The notes under the pieces were generated by a model. That model saw only the letters and a list, made by a program, of their open reading frames with translations, was not told the origin of the DNA and searched no databases. This document shows positions 1-7,041 of a stretch of DNA of 42,273 bases, in pieces. The stretch is from a virus (lineage: Duplodnaviria; Caudoviricetes), in the IMG/VR virus record IMGVR_UViG_3300025654_000018, positions 1-42,273 of that record; one strand, given 5' to 3'. Numbering within the stretch: the first letter of the stretch is position 1; the number at the start of each line of letters is the position of its first letter. A program made the position numbers and the translations under genes.

Positions 1-50
1 AGTCATCTATAGTCATCTATAGTCATCTATAGTCATCTATAGTCATCTAT
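1..50 (+). repeat. Tandem 10-bp repeat (AGTCATCTAT)x5
   Basis: Five perfect copies read directly. Confidence 0.98.
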
Positions 51-135
51 AGTGTCTCGGCCTTGGGATCATCAGTCACTCAAGGGAAGTCTGAGGGAGC
101 TGTAGTTCAACCAAGGCCTTCACTAGCCTTATAGT
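10..135 (+). repeat. Left copy of 126-bp terminal direct repeat (true DTR or assembly overlap)
   Basis: Identical to 42148-42273; contains inverted repeat GGCCTTGG (59-66)/CCAAGGCC (111-118). Confidence 0.9.
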
Positions 136-180
136 CTGGCTTGTGGTCTCTATCGTCGGTGTTCTTGTGTCTTTCTGTCT

Positions 181-200
181 TAAAGGGTGACACAAGTATT
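181..200 (-). promoter_or_regulatory. Putative phage RNA polymerase promoter, leftward (late)
   Basis: Reverse complement AATACTTGTGTCACCCTTTA matches 6363-6382 (AATACTTATGTCACCCTTCA) at 18/20; AATAC...TCAC layout recalls the T7 promoter. Confidence 0.65.
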
Positions 201-228
201 CCTTCAGTAATTAATTGCCATATATGCA

Positions 229-257
229 TTGACGGGGGACGTATCTTTTGATATTCC
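229..257 (+). promoter_or_regulatory. Host sigma70-type early promoter
   Basis: TTGACG (229-234), 17-nt spacer, extended -10 TGn, TATTCC (252-257); lies upstream of the tRNA fragment and early genes. Confidence 0.65.
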
Positions 258-295
258 TTGGGTACACTGAAGGCATTTGCCCGACGACTAAAGAT

Positions 296-338
296 GGGCG
301 ACAGGCCGCAAGGTGTGGCAGGGGACTGTAACTCCCTC
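296..338 (+). other. 5' half of tRNA-Tyr(GUA); probable attP core
   Basis: GGGCGAC acceptor 5' strand; D-arm GCCG/TGGC with GG in the loop; anticodon arm GGGGA-CTGTAAC-TCCCT; no T-arm or 3' acceptor strand follows. Confidence 0.75.
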
Positions 339-435
339 CACCAAAGCGGATCAGATCGCAAGACCAGAGCCAACAACAGGCCGAGGGATTAGTCAGACAG
401 CAAGTGACCTTCTTAACCAAAGAAGGAACTAAAGA

Positions 436-699
436 ATGACAAATGAAACTAAATTCTCGCTAACATCCTCTTACATGAGTGACATACAGATACAGAACAT
501 GGCAGAGGTTGCTATTGTATCTTATGAGTTCACCGCAAGCTGGGCGGTTGCTTATACAGCCGCTTTAGAATTTGCGGCTGACGAATGGCACACAAAAGCA
601 ACCCCATCACAAGTAATGGCGGCTGTTAGCCTTGCCAAGACTGGCTGGGAAGGCATCCGCTCTAGTGTAAAGACCTCTTTAATGGGGGCGAACCAATGA
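436..699 (+). CDS. Early hypothetical protein
   Basis: 87 aa; strong RBS AAGAAGGAAC; first gene of an ATGA-coupled operon. Confidence 0.8.
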   Translation: MTNETKFSLTSSYMSDIQIQNMAEVAIVSYEFTASWAVAYTAALEFAADEWHTKATPSQVMAAVSLAKTGWEGIRSSVKTSLMGANQ

Positions 700-1082
700 G
701 CACTAGCGAAATCAAAAGCAACATCATCAGAGACCTACAGGGCATAGATCAGGCCGTTGATAGCCATGTACTTGTAATGGCTGGGGACAACCACACAATC
801 AGAATGTTCTCTTGCTGGCTCGATGGGTCTTACTTAGGTGAAGACCACTACAGACAGAACCTAAAGCGAATAGGTGAGTGTTTAGACAGCCGCAAGAAAC
901 TACGCTCATTCGTTATCGAACAGTTTACTAAGTACATTGCACACGATGCACAGTGTTCATATGGATATGCTCAGAAAGTTATCGTTGATTATTTAGGAAC
1001 TGAACTACTCCACAACCTTAACTCTGAATTGATTGACTATGTTACAGAGTTTTATGATGCACATGTGGGAGAAGTAGCATGA
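696..1082 (+). CDS. Early hypothetical protein
   Basis: 128 aa; ATGA overlap with both neighbours. Confidence 0.8.
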   Translation: MSTSEIKSNIIRDLQGIDQAVDSHVLVMAGDNHTIRMFSCWLDGSYLGEDHYRQNLKRIGECLDSRKKLRSFVIEQFTKYIAHDAQCSYGYAQKVIVDYLGTELLHNLNSELIDYVTEFYDAHVGEVA

Positions 1083-1396
1083 GCAACCCAACACAGCTTA
1101 CAGCAAACCAAACAGCCGCAATGATAACACTTGTCAAAGCTGGCATGAGCAACACTGGTGCTAAGTGTATCAACGACATGATGGACGACCCAATGCCAGT
1201 AGTACAAGCAAGTGATCTTGTAGAAGCTGGCTGGTCACAGAAGCAAGCCGAAGGTACATTTGGTTCACTTGTTGCCAGTGGTCATATCTTCCATGACGAA
1301 GGCGGTAATGCCGCCAATGATCTTTATATTCTCGAAGGTGAAGAGGAAGAGTTTGACAACCTTCGTGAGTTCTTTGTTGAAGAGGTGACACCATGA
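1079..1396 (+). CDS. Acidic early hypothetical protein
   Basis: 105 aa; about 18 D/E versus 4 K/R; ATGA-coupled. Confidence 0.8.
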   Translation: MSNPTQLTANQTAAMITLVKAGMSNTGAKCINDMMDDPMPVVQASDLVEAGWSQKQAEGTFGSLVASGHIFHDEGGNAANDLYILEGEEEEFDNLREFFVEEVTP

Positions 1397-1506
1397 GACA
1401 TCTAATCAACCGCATGTTAACTCCAGACGCCCTAGCATCATTCGCTTTGTTGTCTGGCATCATCCTCACAGTTCTAGCAGTCATATACGGCTACGGCAGT
1501 TACTGA
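1393..1506 (+). CDS. Small single-pass membrane protein (37 aa; not in ORF track)
   Basis: MRHLINRMLTPDALASFALLSGIILTVLAVIYGYGSY; GAGGTG RBS; ATGA overlap. Confidence 0.7.
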   Translation: MRHLINRMLTPDALASFALLSGIILTVLAVIYGYGSY

Positions 1507-1552
1507 GCCTACTTGTGTCGCCATGCTTCGGCGTGGCGCATCAAGTGGACTT
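1506..1552 (+). promoter_or_regulatory. Long intergenic hairpin, RNase III processing site-like
   Basis: ACTTG..CGCCATGC-TTCG-GCGTGGCG..CAAGT (cUUCGg tetraloop); no U-tract; directly before an RBS. Confidence 0.6.
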
Positions 1553-1581
1553 AGCCACTGAACAACTGAAGGAACAGAAGA

Positions 1582-1872
1582 ATGGCAAAATATGTAGTAA
1601 TAGCAAACCTAACAATTGCTGATCAAACAAAATTGGGCTTTGAATTTAAGTCTAAAATTGTGTCTAATTATTGGAACCCATCGACAAAAGATAATCCTAA
1701 TAAACCTCTAATTCCGCTTTATGGTAATGAGCCAAAATTGTTTGACAACATTACTTCTGCTGACGCATTCGCAGAAAGATTGCGTAGGTATAGATTTGAT
1801 GGTCAGCAAATTACAGTGGCTTGGTTTGAAGCTGTTGAATACACTGTTTCATTTGAAGAGGTGGCGGCATGA
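1582..1872 (+). CDS. Early hypothetical protein (AT-rich)
   Basis: 96 aa; RBS GAAGGAAC. Confidence 0.75.
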   Translation: MAKYVVIANLTIADQTKLGFEFKSKIVSNYWNPSTKDNPNKPLIPLYGNEPKLFDNITSADAFAERLRRYRFDGQQITVAWFEAVEYTVSFEEVAA

Positions 1873-2207
1873 GACTTTACACAAGCCCCAAGGGCGAATG
1901 GTCAGGAACACAGGCAGACGCAAAGAAGCTAGGGGCATTCGTTGAGGCTGATGTTCCCACATCTAAGGCTGATCTGCTGGCTTTCTTAAATGACCACAGC
2001 GTCATGATTAATAAGCTAAAGGAGCTAGGCTACGAAGCACCACAGCCAACCACAGCACCAGTCCAACCGAAGGAACTCAAAGGCGGTTCTTGGGACGAGT
2101 ACAACGCCATTCGCAACCATTTGGAAACGTGCGATGCCAAAGCATTAAACACGGCTCTCACCATCATCACTGGACGCCTTGGCGACCTACTTGAGAAGGC
2201 CAGCTGA
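1869..2207 (+). CDS. Early hypothetical protein
   Basis: 112 aa; GAGGTG RBS; ATGA overlap. Confidence 0.8.
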   Translation: MRLYTSPKGEWSGTQADAKKLGAFVEADVPTSKADLLAFLNDHSVMINKLKELGYEAPQPTTAPVQPKELKGGSWDEYNAIRNHLETCDAKALNTALTIITGRLGDLLEKAS

Positions 2208-2256
2208 TTGCATCAGTTAGCCCAGCGTCAAGGCGTTGGGTTTGCTCATGCAATCA
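2205..2256 (+). promoter_or_regulatory. Long intergenic hairpin, RNase III processing site-like
   Basis: TGATTGCAT (2205-13)/ATGCAATCA (2248-56) outer stem, internal loop, CCCAGCG/CGTTGGG inner stem. Confidence 0.6.
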
Positions 2257-2298
2257 AGCATGAACTAGCGAAGCTAGAACTAAAGAAGGAACAAAAGA

Positions 2299-2514
2299 AT
2301 GATTACTAATTATACCCCACAGTCAACAATCGAAGCCATGCAAGTCGCCTTGTTCCGCAGTCTAACCGCCAGATCAATAGACAGGGCACAGGCCGCCGCT
2401 ACACTAGCACAATCAATGGCAAGCAACCTGACACAACAGGAACTAGAGCAAGCTAAGGCTGGAGCTATAGACATGGCAGTCCGTGAGCAACAAGGGAGAA
2501 AGTCCAATGGGTGA
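2299..2514 (+). CDS. Early hypothetical protein
   Basis: 71 aa; RBS AAGAAGGAAC. Confidence 0.75.
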   Translation: MITNYTPQSTIEAMQVALFRSLTARSIDRAQAAATLAQSMASNLTQQELEQAKAGAIDMAVREQQGRKSNG

Positions 2515-2702
2515 AGTAATACAAATGAATGCTGATTATGTACTAGGGATGCAGTCAGCAAGGGAAGCAGTAGCGTCAGGCGACATCTACTGTCTTGAAA
2601 GTGCGCTAATGCTTTACGAGCAAGACCCAGCGGACAGTGAGTTTCAAAGGGGACACCACAGGGCACTTATAAACCTACATCAGCAAGGGAGAAAGTCCAA
2701 TG
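2491..2702 (+). repeat. 19-bp direct repeat CAAGGGAGAAAGTCCAATG (2491-2509, 2684-2702)
   Basis: Perfect copies; each forms the RBS+ATG of consecutive genes. Confidence 0.9.
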
Positions 2703-2713
2703 ACCTTTCTTGA
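2507..2713 (+). CDS. Hypothetical protein (start re-called to ATG 2507)
   Basis: In frame with track ORF 2483..2713; AAGGGAG RBS precedes ATG 2507. Confidence 0.7.
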   Translation: MGEVIQMNADYVLGMQSAREAVASGDIYCLESALMLYEQDPADSEFQRGHHRALINLHQQGRKSNDLS

Positions 2714-3593
2714 GTTAGTCCACATGGACGCAAAGCTAATCTGGGACGGGGAAGCCCACCGAGCCCGAAGCATCACCAAAGCCGAGCGATTTTCCTCTTT
2801 CTCTGATTATGACACTAGAGCCATAAGCGACTTTAAGCCTAGCCATATACACCGCTTCTTTGACAGTCTTGCGGAGCAGGGGTTGTCCAATAATACAATA
2901 AATCACTATGGGGCTATGATAGTTAAGGTGTTCTCTCATGCAGTCTCTGAAGAGCACATTAGCCATGTACCCAAGTTCAAGTATCGCAAGGTCAAAGGCA
3001 ACAAAAGACCATTGTACTTTACAAAGTCTCAAATAGATTTAATGTCGTCCTACTTTCGAAACAGTGCTGACTTCAGAGACTTAGAGTTCTACTTGATTAT
3101 TGGCATTCACACTGGGATGCGAATAGGGGAGATCAGAAGCATAAACGAAAGCACATTAGTTATTGATGAAACTGGCGGTTACTCAGTTTATTTAGCTGAC
3201 ACTAAAAACGGCGATAGTCGTACTGTGCCTATCAATGACGAAGCCCTAAGAGCCATTAGGAAACTAGGAACTGATGTTTCAAAGAACTGGAACAGCAAGT
3301 TGTTTTATCGGGGGTGGAAGCACATGAGAAGGGCAGTGCTTAATGATGACAGCCGTTACACGTTTCATACGACTAGACATACCTGTGCAACCACGCTGGC
3401 TAACAGTGGGGCTTATAACACGGACATCATCGGAAAGTTTTTAGGACACCGAGACCTAAACACGACCCGTAAATACATCAAGACTGCACCAGAGACCTTG
3501 AGGTCTATGGCAGAACTAATGAGAGGAGAGAGAAGCAAAACTATTACACCACTACAAGCCAAGCAGACTGACCTGTTTGGACTGGAAATTTAA
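2700..3593 (+). CDS. int: Tyrosine integrase/recombinase
   Basis: HTGMRIGEI, TKNG, FHTTRHT, LGH, TRKY: full R-K-H-R-H-Y catalytic set. Confidence 0.95.
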   Translation: MTFLELVHMDAKLIWDGEAHRARSITKAERFSSFSDYDTRAISDFKPSHIHRFFDSLAEQGLSNNTINHYGAMIVKVFSHAVSEEHISHVPKFKYRKVKGNKRPLYFTKSQIDLMSSYFRNSADFRDLEFYLIIGIHTGMRIGEIRSINESTLVIDETGGYSVYLADTKNGDSRTVPINDEALRAIRKLGTDVSKNWNSKLFYRGWKHMRRAVLNDDSRYTFHTTRHTCATTLANSGAYNTDIIGKFLGHRDLNTTRKYIKTAPETLRSMAELMRGERSKTITPLQAKQTDLFGLEI

Positions 3594-3611
3594 AAGGGAA
3601 GTAAAGTAACA

Positions 3612-3788
3612 ATGACAAATAAAGTAAACAATGTGAGCATTGTAAGAAAGATTAATATGTGGTCTGAAAACACAGCCGCTCAAGAGGGAAACAGTAGCAG
3701 TAGCAATGGTTTCTTTGGAATTCGTATGTCTAGCTGGGGAAATCCACAGACTGCCCCACCTGTTAAAGTAGGGGGAGCCAACACATGA
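3612..3788 (+). CDS. Small ORF (58 aa; not in ORF track) coupled to RNAP start
   Basis: Open from ATG 3612 to TGA 3786-88, overlapping RNAP ATG (ATGA); AAGGGAAG upstream. Confidence 0.5.
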   Translation: MTNKVNNVSIVRKINMWSENTAAQEGNSSSSNGFFGIRMSSWGNPQTAPPVKVGGANT

Positions 3789-6364
3789 GCAACGATAGCA
3801 ACACACAGGCAAACCCTATCTCAGAAGCCTACAACGAGACCATGAAACAAGATGGCAAACGTAAGTTTAACGAGAAGTATCAACAGGCAGAAAACGTAAC
3901 AGAGCAAGCACCAGAATATAGCCAACTAAAGCAAGTCTTAGACTTAGTGGCTGATGGTTTATCCAAAGACATCGAGGAAGCCAGAAGAGGCAAAGGACGC
4001 CGCCCAACGTGGCTAAACGACCTTATGCACCTTGACCCTAGACAGCTGGCACTCATTGGTCTCCAGAGTTGCTACAATGCAGTCTTGAAAGACAGTACGC
4101 TCAGTAGTGTAACTCAAGAAATAGGCAGTCTTATAGATCGTGAATGTTTAGCGTTGGAGTTGCTTCATAGCGATGATGAGGAAGCCAACAGGAACAACAG
4201 ACAAATAGTAAAGATGGTGTCTGAAGCCCACACGTCAGCACATGTCAGGCTGAAGGCTCTCAGGAACATAGCGTCTAAGAATGGCACCAAGTCTATATAC
4301 TTTGGCATCGAAGAGAAAAAGGGTGATCGCAAGATGCACATGAAGCGGAAGACAGCCAACGCCGCTCCAGTCATCTCAGCAATCTTTCAGTATTGTCATG
4401 TCTTCCAAAAGGACACTCAGTACACCACTCCAAAAAACAGTATCACTCGTTTGTCTTTTACTCAGGAAGCCCAGCGCGAAATTGAGAGAAGCAAAGAGTA
4501 TCTCCAATGGTCACAACCGCTTCTAAAGCCTATACCAATGGACACACCGAACCCTTGGCAGGGCTTCCATACAGGGGCTTATAAGGACTGGAGACTAGCA
4601 GAGGTTGTCAAACTCGTTAGAGGGGCTTCCAGCAAGCAGATTGAGGCCATAGAACACAGTTTCAAGGGTGAAACTCCAGAACACTTTAGAGCACTCAATG
4701 CACTGCAAGAAACGAGGCTGTGTATCAACGAGGAAATGCTTGAAGTTGTCGAGTGGTGCTGGGAGACCAGACAGTCATTCGGTAAGTTTCCAAAGCGAGA
4801 TAAACCTGAGTTTCCGAGGCTTCCAGAGGATCACATGACAATGGATCAGGAGCTGAAGAAAGCCATTAAAGAAGACCAGCGTGAATGGCGAAACACTGAC
4901 CGCAGGGTAAAGGGTGCTGAAGCTGTCATGAAGCAAGACCTTCAGATTGCTAATGAACTTGCAGTCCATGATTACTTTACGATCCCATGGGCATGTGATT
5001 TCAGAGGCCGCTTCAACATGGTTCCGTCTTTCAACTACCACAGAGACGACCACATTAAGTCACTCTTTCAGTTTCAGAGAGGCCGTGTTGTCGATGGGCA
5101 AAACATTAGATGGCTAAAGATACACATTGCTAATTGCTCTGGCTTTGAGAAGATCGACAAAGCACCTCTTGATGGACGTGTGGCATGGTTTGACAAGAAT
5201 GAGGGTGTACTCTTGGACATGGCTAAAGACTACAAGAACAGTCTGGGTCAATGGTCAGGTGCGGATTCTCCTTTTCAAATGCTCGCGGCTATCTTTGAGT
5301 ATTCCAGATACCTTGATGAAGGTGATGATTTTGTTGGCTTTATACCAATTTCACTTGATGGGACTAATAGTGGTGTTCAGCATTACAGTCTTTTGACACG
5401 TAGTGAAGAGGGTGCTTTGGTAAACTTAGTTCCACAAGACACAATGGCTGACCTTTACCAAACTGTTGCTGACAAAGTTACACAAAGGCTTGTTGTTGAT
5501 TTAGACGACCCTAGTGCCTTTGGTAGCAATGAGATCACCAAGGCTGAACTGGCGCGTATTTGGCTAGACTTTGGTATTACCAGAGGAAATCAGAAGAGGG
5601 CTTGCATGACCTACCCATATTCATCGGTTGTCGCTGGAATGACTGGTCAATACATGGAAGACGTTATGAAGCCTTTGCAACGATCTGTGTCTTATGGTGA
5701 ACTAAAGGAACACCCGATTGCTAGGACAAATAAAGAGCGAAAGGTTGCGTCACGTTACCTTGCTGGTCACAGCTACGACAGCATTGTGGAGACCTTGCCT
5801 AAAGCGGCTGAAGCTATGAAGTGGATACAGTCGTGCACCAATGTTATCAGCAAGCAAAACAAGCTGGTCAACTGGACTTCGCCTAGTGGGTTTAGGGTCT
5901 TCCATAACTATCTAAAGAGGGACAGGGTAGAGACTAAGATATTCTTGTTTGATACAGCTGTAGGCGAGAGAACTAGGTCTAAGGTCTCCTTATCGCTAGA
6001 TACAGGTAAGGTGGATGTCAGGAAGAACACAGCATCTGTAGCGGCTAACCTCATACACTCGCTTGACGCCTCTGGCATGGCTAAAACTATAGTCAAACTG
6101 CTAGACGCTGGAGCGACTAATGACTTCTTTATGATCCACGATAGCTTTGCAATCTCTGGCGATGTAGACGACCTCTACTACGGTGTCCGTGAAGCCCACA
6201 TTGAGATGTATGATGCTGAGAACCTGTTGCTAAAGTGGCAAGAGGAACTGAGGCAACAGCTGGATCATCCGTTCGACTTTGAGAGGTCTGAAGTCAATCC
6301 AATGCCCGAAATGGGAAACCTAAACCTACAGCTAATAAGGGACAGTCAATTCTGCTTTAGTTAA
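3785..6364 (+). CDS. T7-like single-subunit DNA-directed RNA polymerase
   Basis: 859 aa; DFRGR, LDGTNSGVQHY, RxxxKRACMTYPY, NLIHSLDA, IHDSF, C-terminal FCFS. Confidence 0.97.
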   Translation: MSNDSNTQANPISEAYNETMKQDGKRKFNEKYQQAENVTEQAPEYSQLKQVLDLVADGLSKDIEEARRGKGRRPTWLNDLMHLDPRQLALIGLQSCYNAVLKDSTLSSVTQEIGSLIDRECLALELLHSDDEEANRNNRQIVKMVSEAHTSAHVRLKALRNIASKNGTKSIYFGIEEKKGDRKMHMKRKTANAAPVISAIFQYCHVFQKDTQYTTPKNSITRLSFTQEAQREIERSKEYLQWSQPLLKPIPMDTPNPWQGFHTGAYKDWRLAEVVKLVRGASSKQIEAIEHSFKGETPEHFRALNALQETRLCINEEMLEVVEWCWETRQSFGKFPKRDKPEFPRLPEDHMTMDQELKKAIKEDQREWRNTDRRVKGAEAVMKQDLQIANELAVHDYFTIPWACDFRGRFNMVPSFNYHRDDHIKSLFQFQRGRVVDGQNIRWLKIHIANCSGFEKIDKAPLDGRVAWFDKNEGVLLDMAKDYKNSLGQWSGADSPFQMLAAIFEYSRYLDEGDDFVGFIPISLDGTNSGVQHYSLLTRSEEGALVNLVPQDTMADLYQTVADKVTQRLVVDLDDPSAFGSNEITKAELARIWLDFGITRGNQKRACMTYPYSSVVAGMTGQYMEDVMKPLQRSVSYGELKEHPIARTNKERKVASRYLAGHSYDSIVETLPKAAEAMKWIQSCTNVISKQNKLVNWTSPSGFRVFHNYLKRDRVETKIFLFDTAVGERTRSKVSLSLDTGKVDVRKNTASVAANLIHSLDASGMAKTIVKLLDAGATNDFFMIHDSFAISGDVDDLYYGVREAHIEMYDAENLLLKWQEELRQQLDHPFDFERSEVNPMPEMGNLNLQLIRDSQFCFS

Positions 6365-6382
6365 TACTTATGTCACCCTTCA
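6363..6382 (+). promoter_or_regulatory. Putative phage RNA polymerase promoter, rightward (replication genes)
   Basis: Overlaps the RNAP stop codon, where T7-like phages place their first class II promoters; 18/20 match to the reverse complement of 181-200. Confidence 0.65.
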
Positions 6383-6478
6383 GAAGCCCCTAGAGTTACC
6401 TCCCTGTTACTAAGGACTCTAGGGACTTCTCCTCCTCCTAAACTTAAAGCCATCCATAGATTCTATGGGTGGCTTTTT
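6382..6478 (+). ncRNA. Candidate small RNA/leader with anti-SD motifs
   Basis: Hairpin 6382-6430 with ACCTCCCT in the loop; unpaired CCTCCTCCT 6431-6439; then a terminator hairpin. Confidence 0.4.
6446..6478 (+). terminator. Intrinsic terminator after RNAP (early terminator)
   Basis: AAAGCCATCCATAG-ATT-CTATGGGTGGC-TTTTT. Confidence 0.8.
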
Positions 6479-6498
6479 AACATTAGAAAGACAAAAGT

Positions 6499-7041
6499 AT
6501 GCCTAAGAAACCAAAGATAAACTTTCAGACTCCTGTAGGAGTTGCTAAGTATCCACACTTGAACAAACCAGACACAGCCTTTGACTCTGAAGGTAAATAC
6601 AAAGCAGAACTATTAGTGTCTCAAGATGAAGCCAAGCCTCTTATTAAGTTGATAGAGGATGCGGCTAAAGAAGAACATGGGTCAGCTAATTATAGAGTTC
6701 CCTATCAGACAGATGAAGAGACTGGGGAAGTAGCTTTTAAACTACAGTCTAAGTATCAACCGAAATTCTACGATACAGCTGGTCAACTAGTGCCAGAAGG
6801 TAAAGAACCAAGGATAGGCGGTGGTAGCCGATTGAGACTTAAAGGCTACCTAAATGTCTATAAGGTATCTGGTCAGGCTGGTGTGTCTATACAGCTTACG
6901 TCCTGTCAAATAGTTGAAGCAATGCAAGGCATGAATGGAGCTGGCTTTGATGCTCTTGAAGAGGGTGGGTTTACTATAGACACATCAGCAATTGATGCAC
7001 CTTTTGAAGCAATAGAAAACTCTGATAACTTTGACTTCTAA
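6499..7041 (+). CDS. ssDNA-binding protein (T7 gp2.5-like)
   Basis: TPVGVAKYPHLNKPD..GKYK; acidic tail ending in Phe; syntenic position. Confidence 0.9.
   Translation: MPKKPKINFQTPVGVAKYPHLNKPDTAFDSEGKYKAELLVSQDEAKPLIKLIEDAAKEEHGSANYRVPYQTDEETGEVAFKLQSKYQPKFYDTAGQLVPEGKEPRIGGGSRLRLKGYLNVYKVSGQAGVSIQLTSCQIVEAMQGMNGAGFDALEEGGFTIDTSAIDAPFEAIENSDNFDF

Noticed and set aside
1-50. CRISPR-like array
   Set aside because: Contiguous 10-bp repeats without spacers; no cas genes
1-52. TCATCTATAG resembling the T7 promoter core TCACTATAG
   Set aside because: Lacks upstream specificity region; a better 20-bp promoter candidate exists at syntenic positions
256-343. Complete or circularly permuted tRNA-Tyr gene
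   Set aside because: No TTCRA T-loop upstream or downstream and no GTCGCCC acceptor 3' strand after the anticodon arm
107-420. Minus-strand ORFs 107..376 and 211..420
   Set aside because: Overlap promoters and the tRNA fragment; no RBS or recognisable motifs
1510-1522. TACTTGTGTCGCC as a third phage promoter
   Set aside because: Only the central 12/13 bases match; it is explained as an arm of the RNA hairpin
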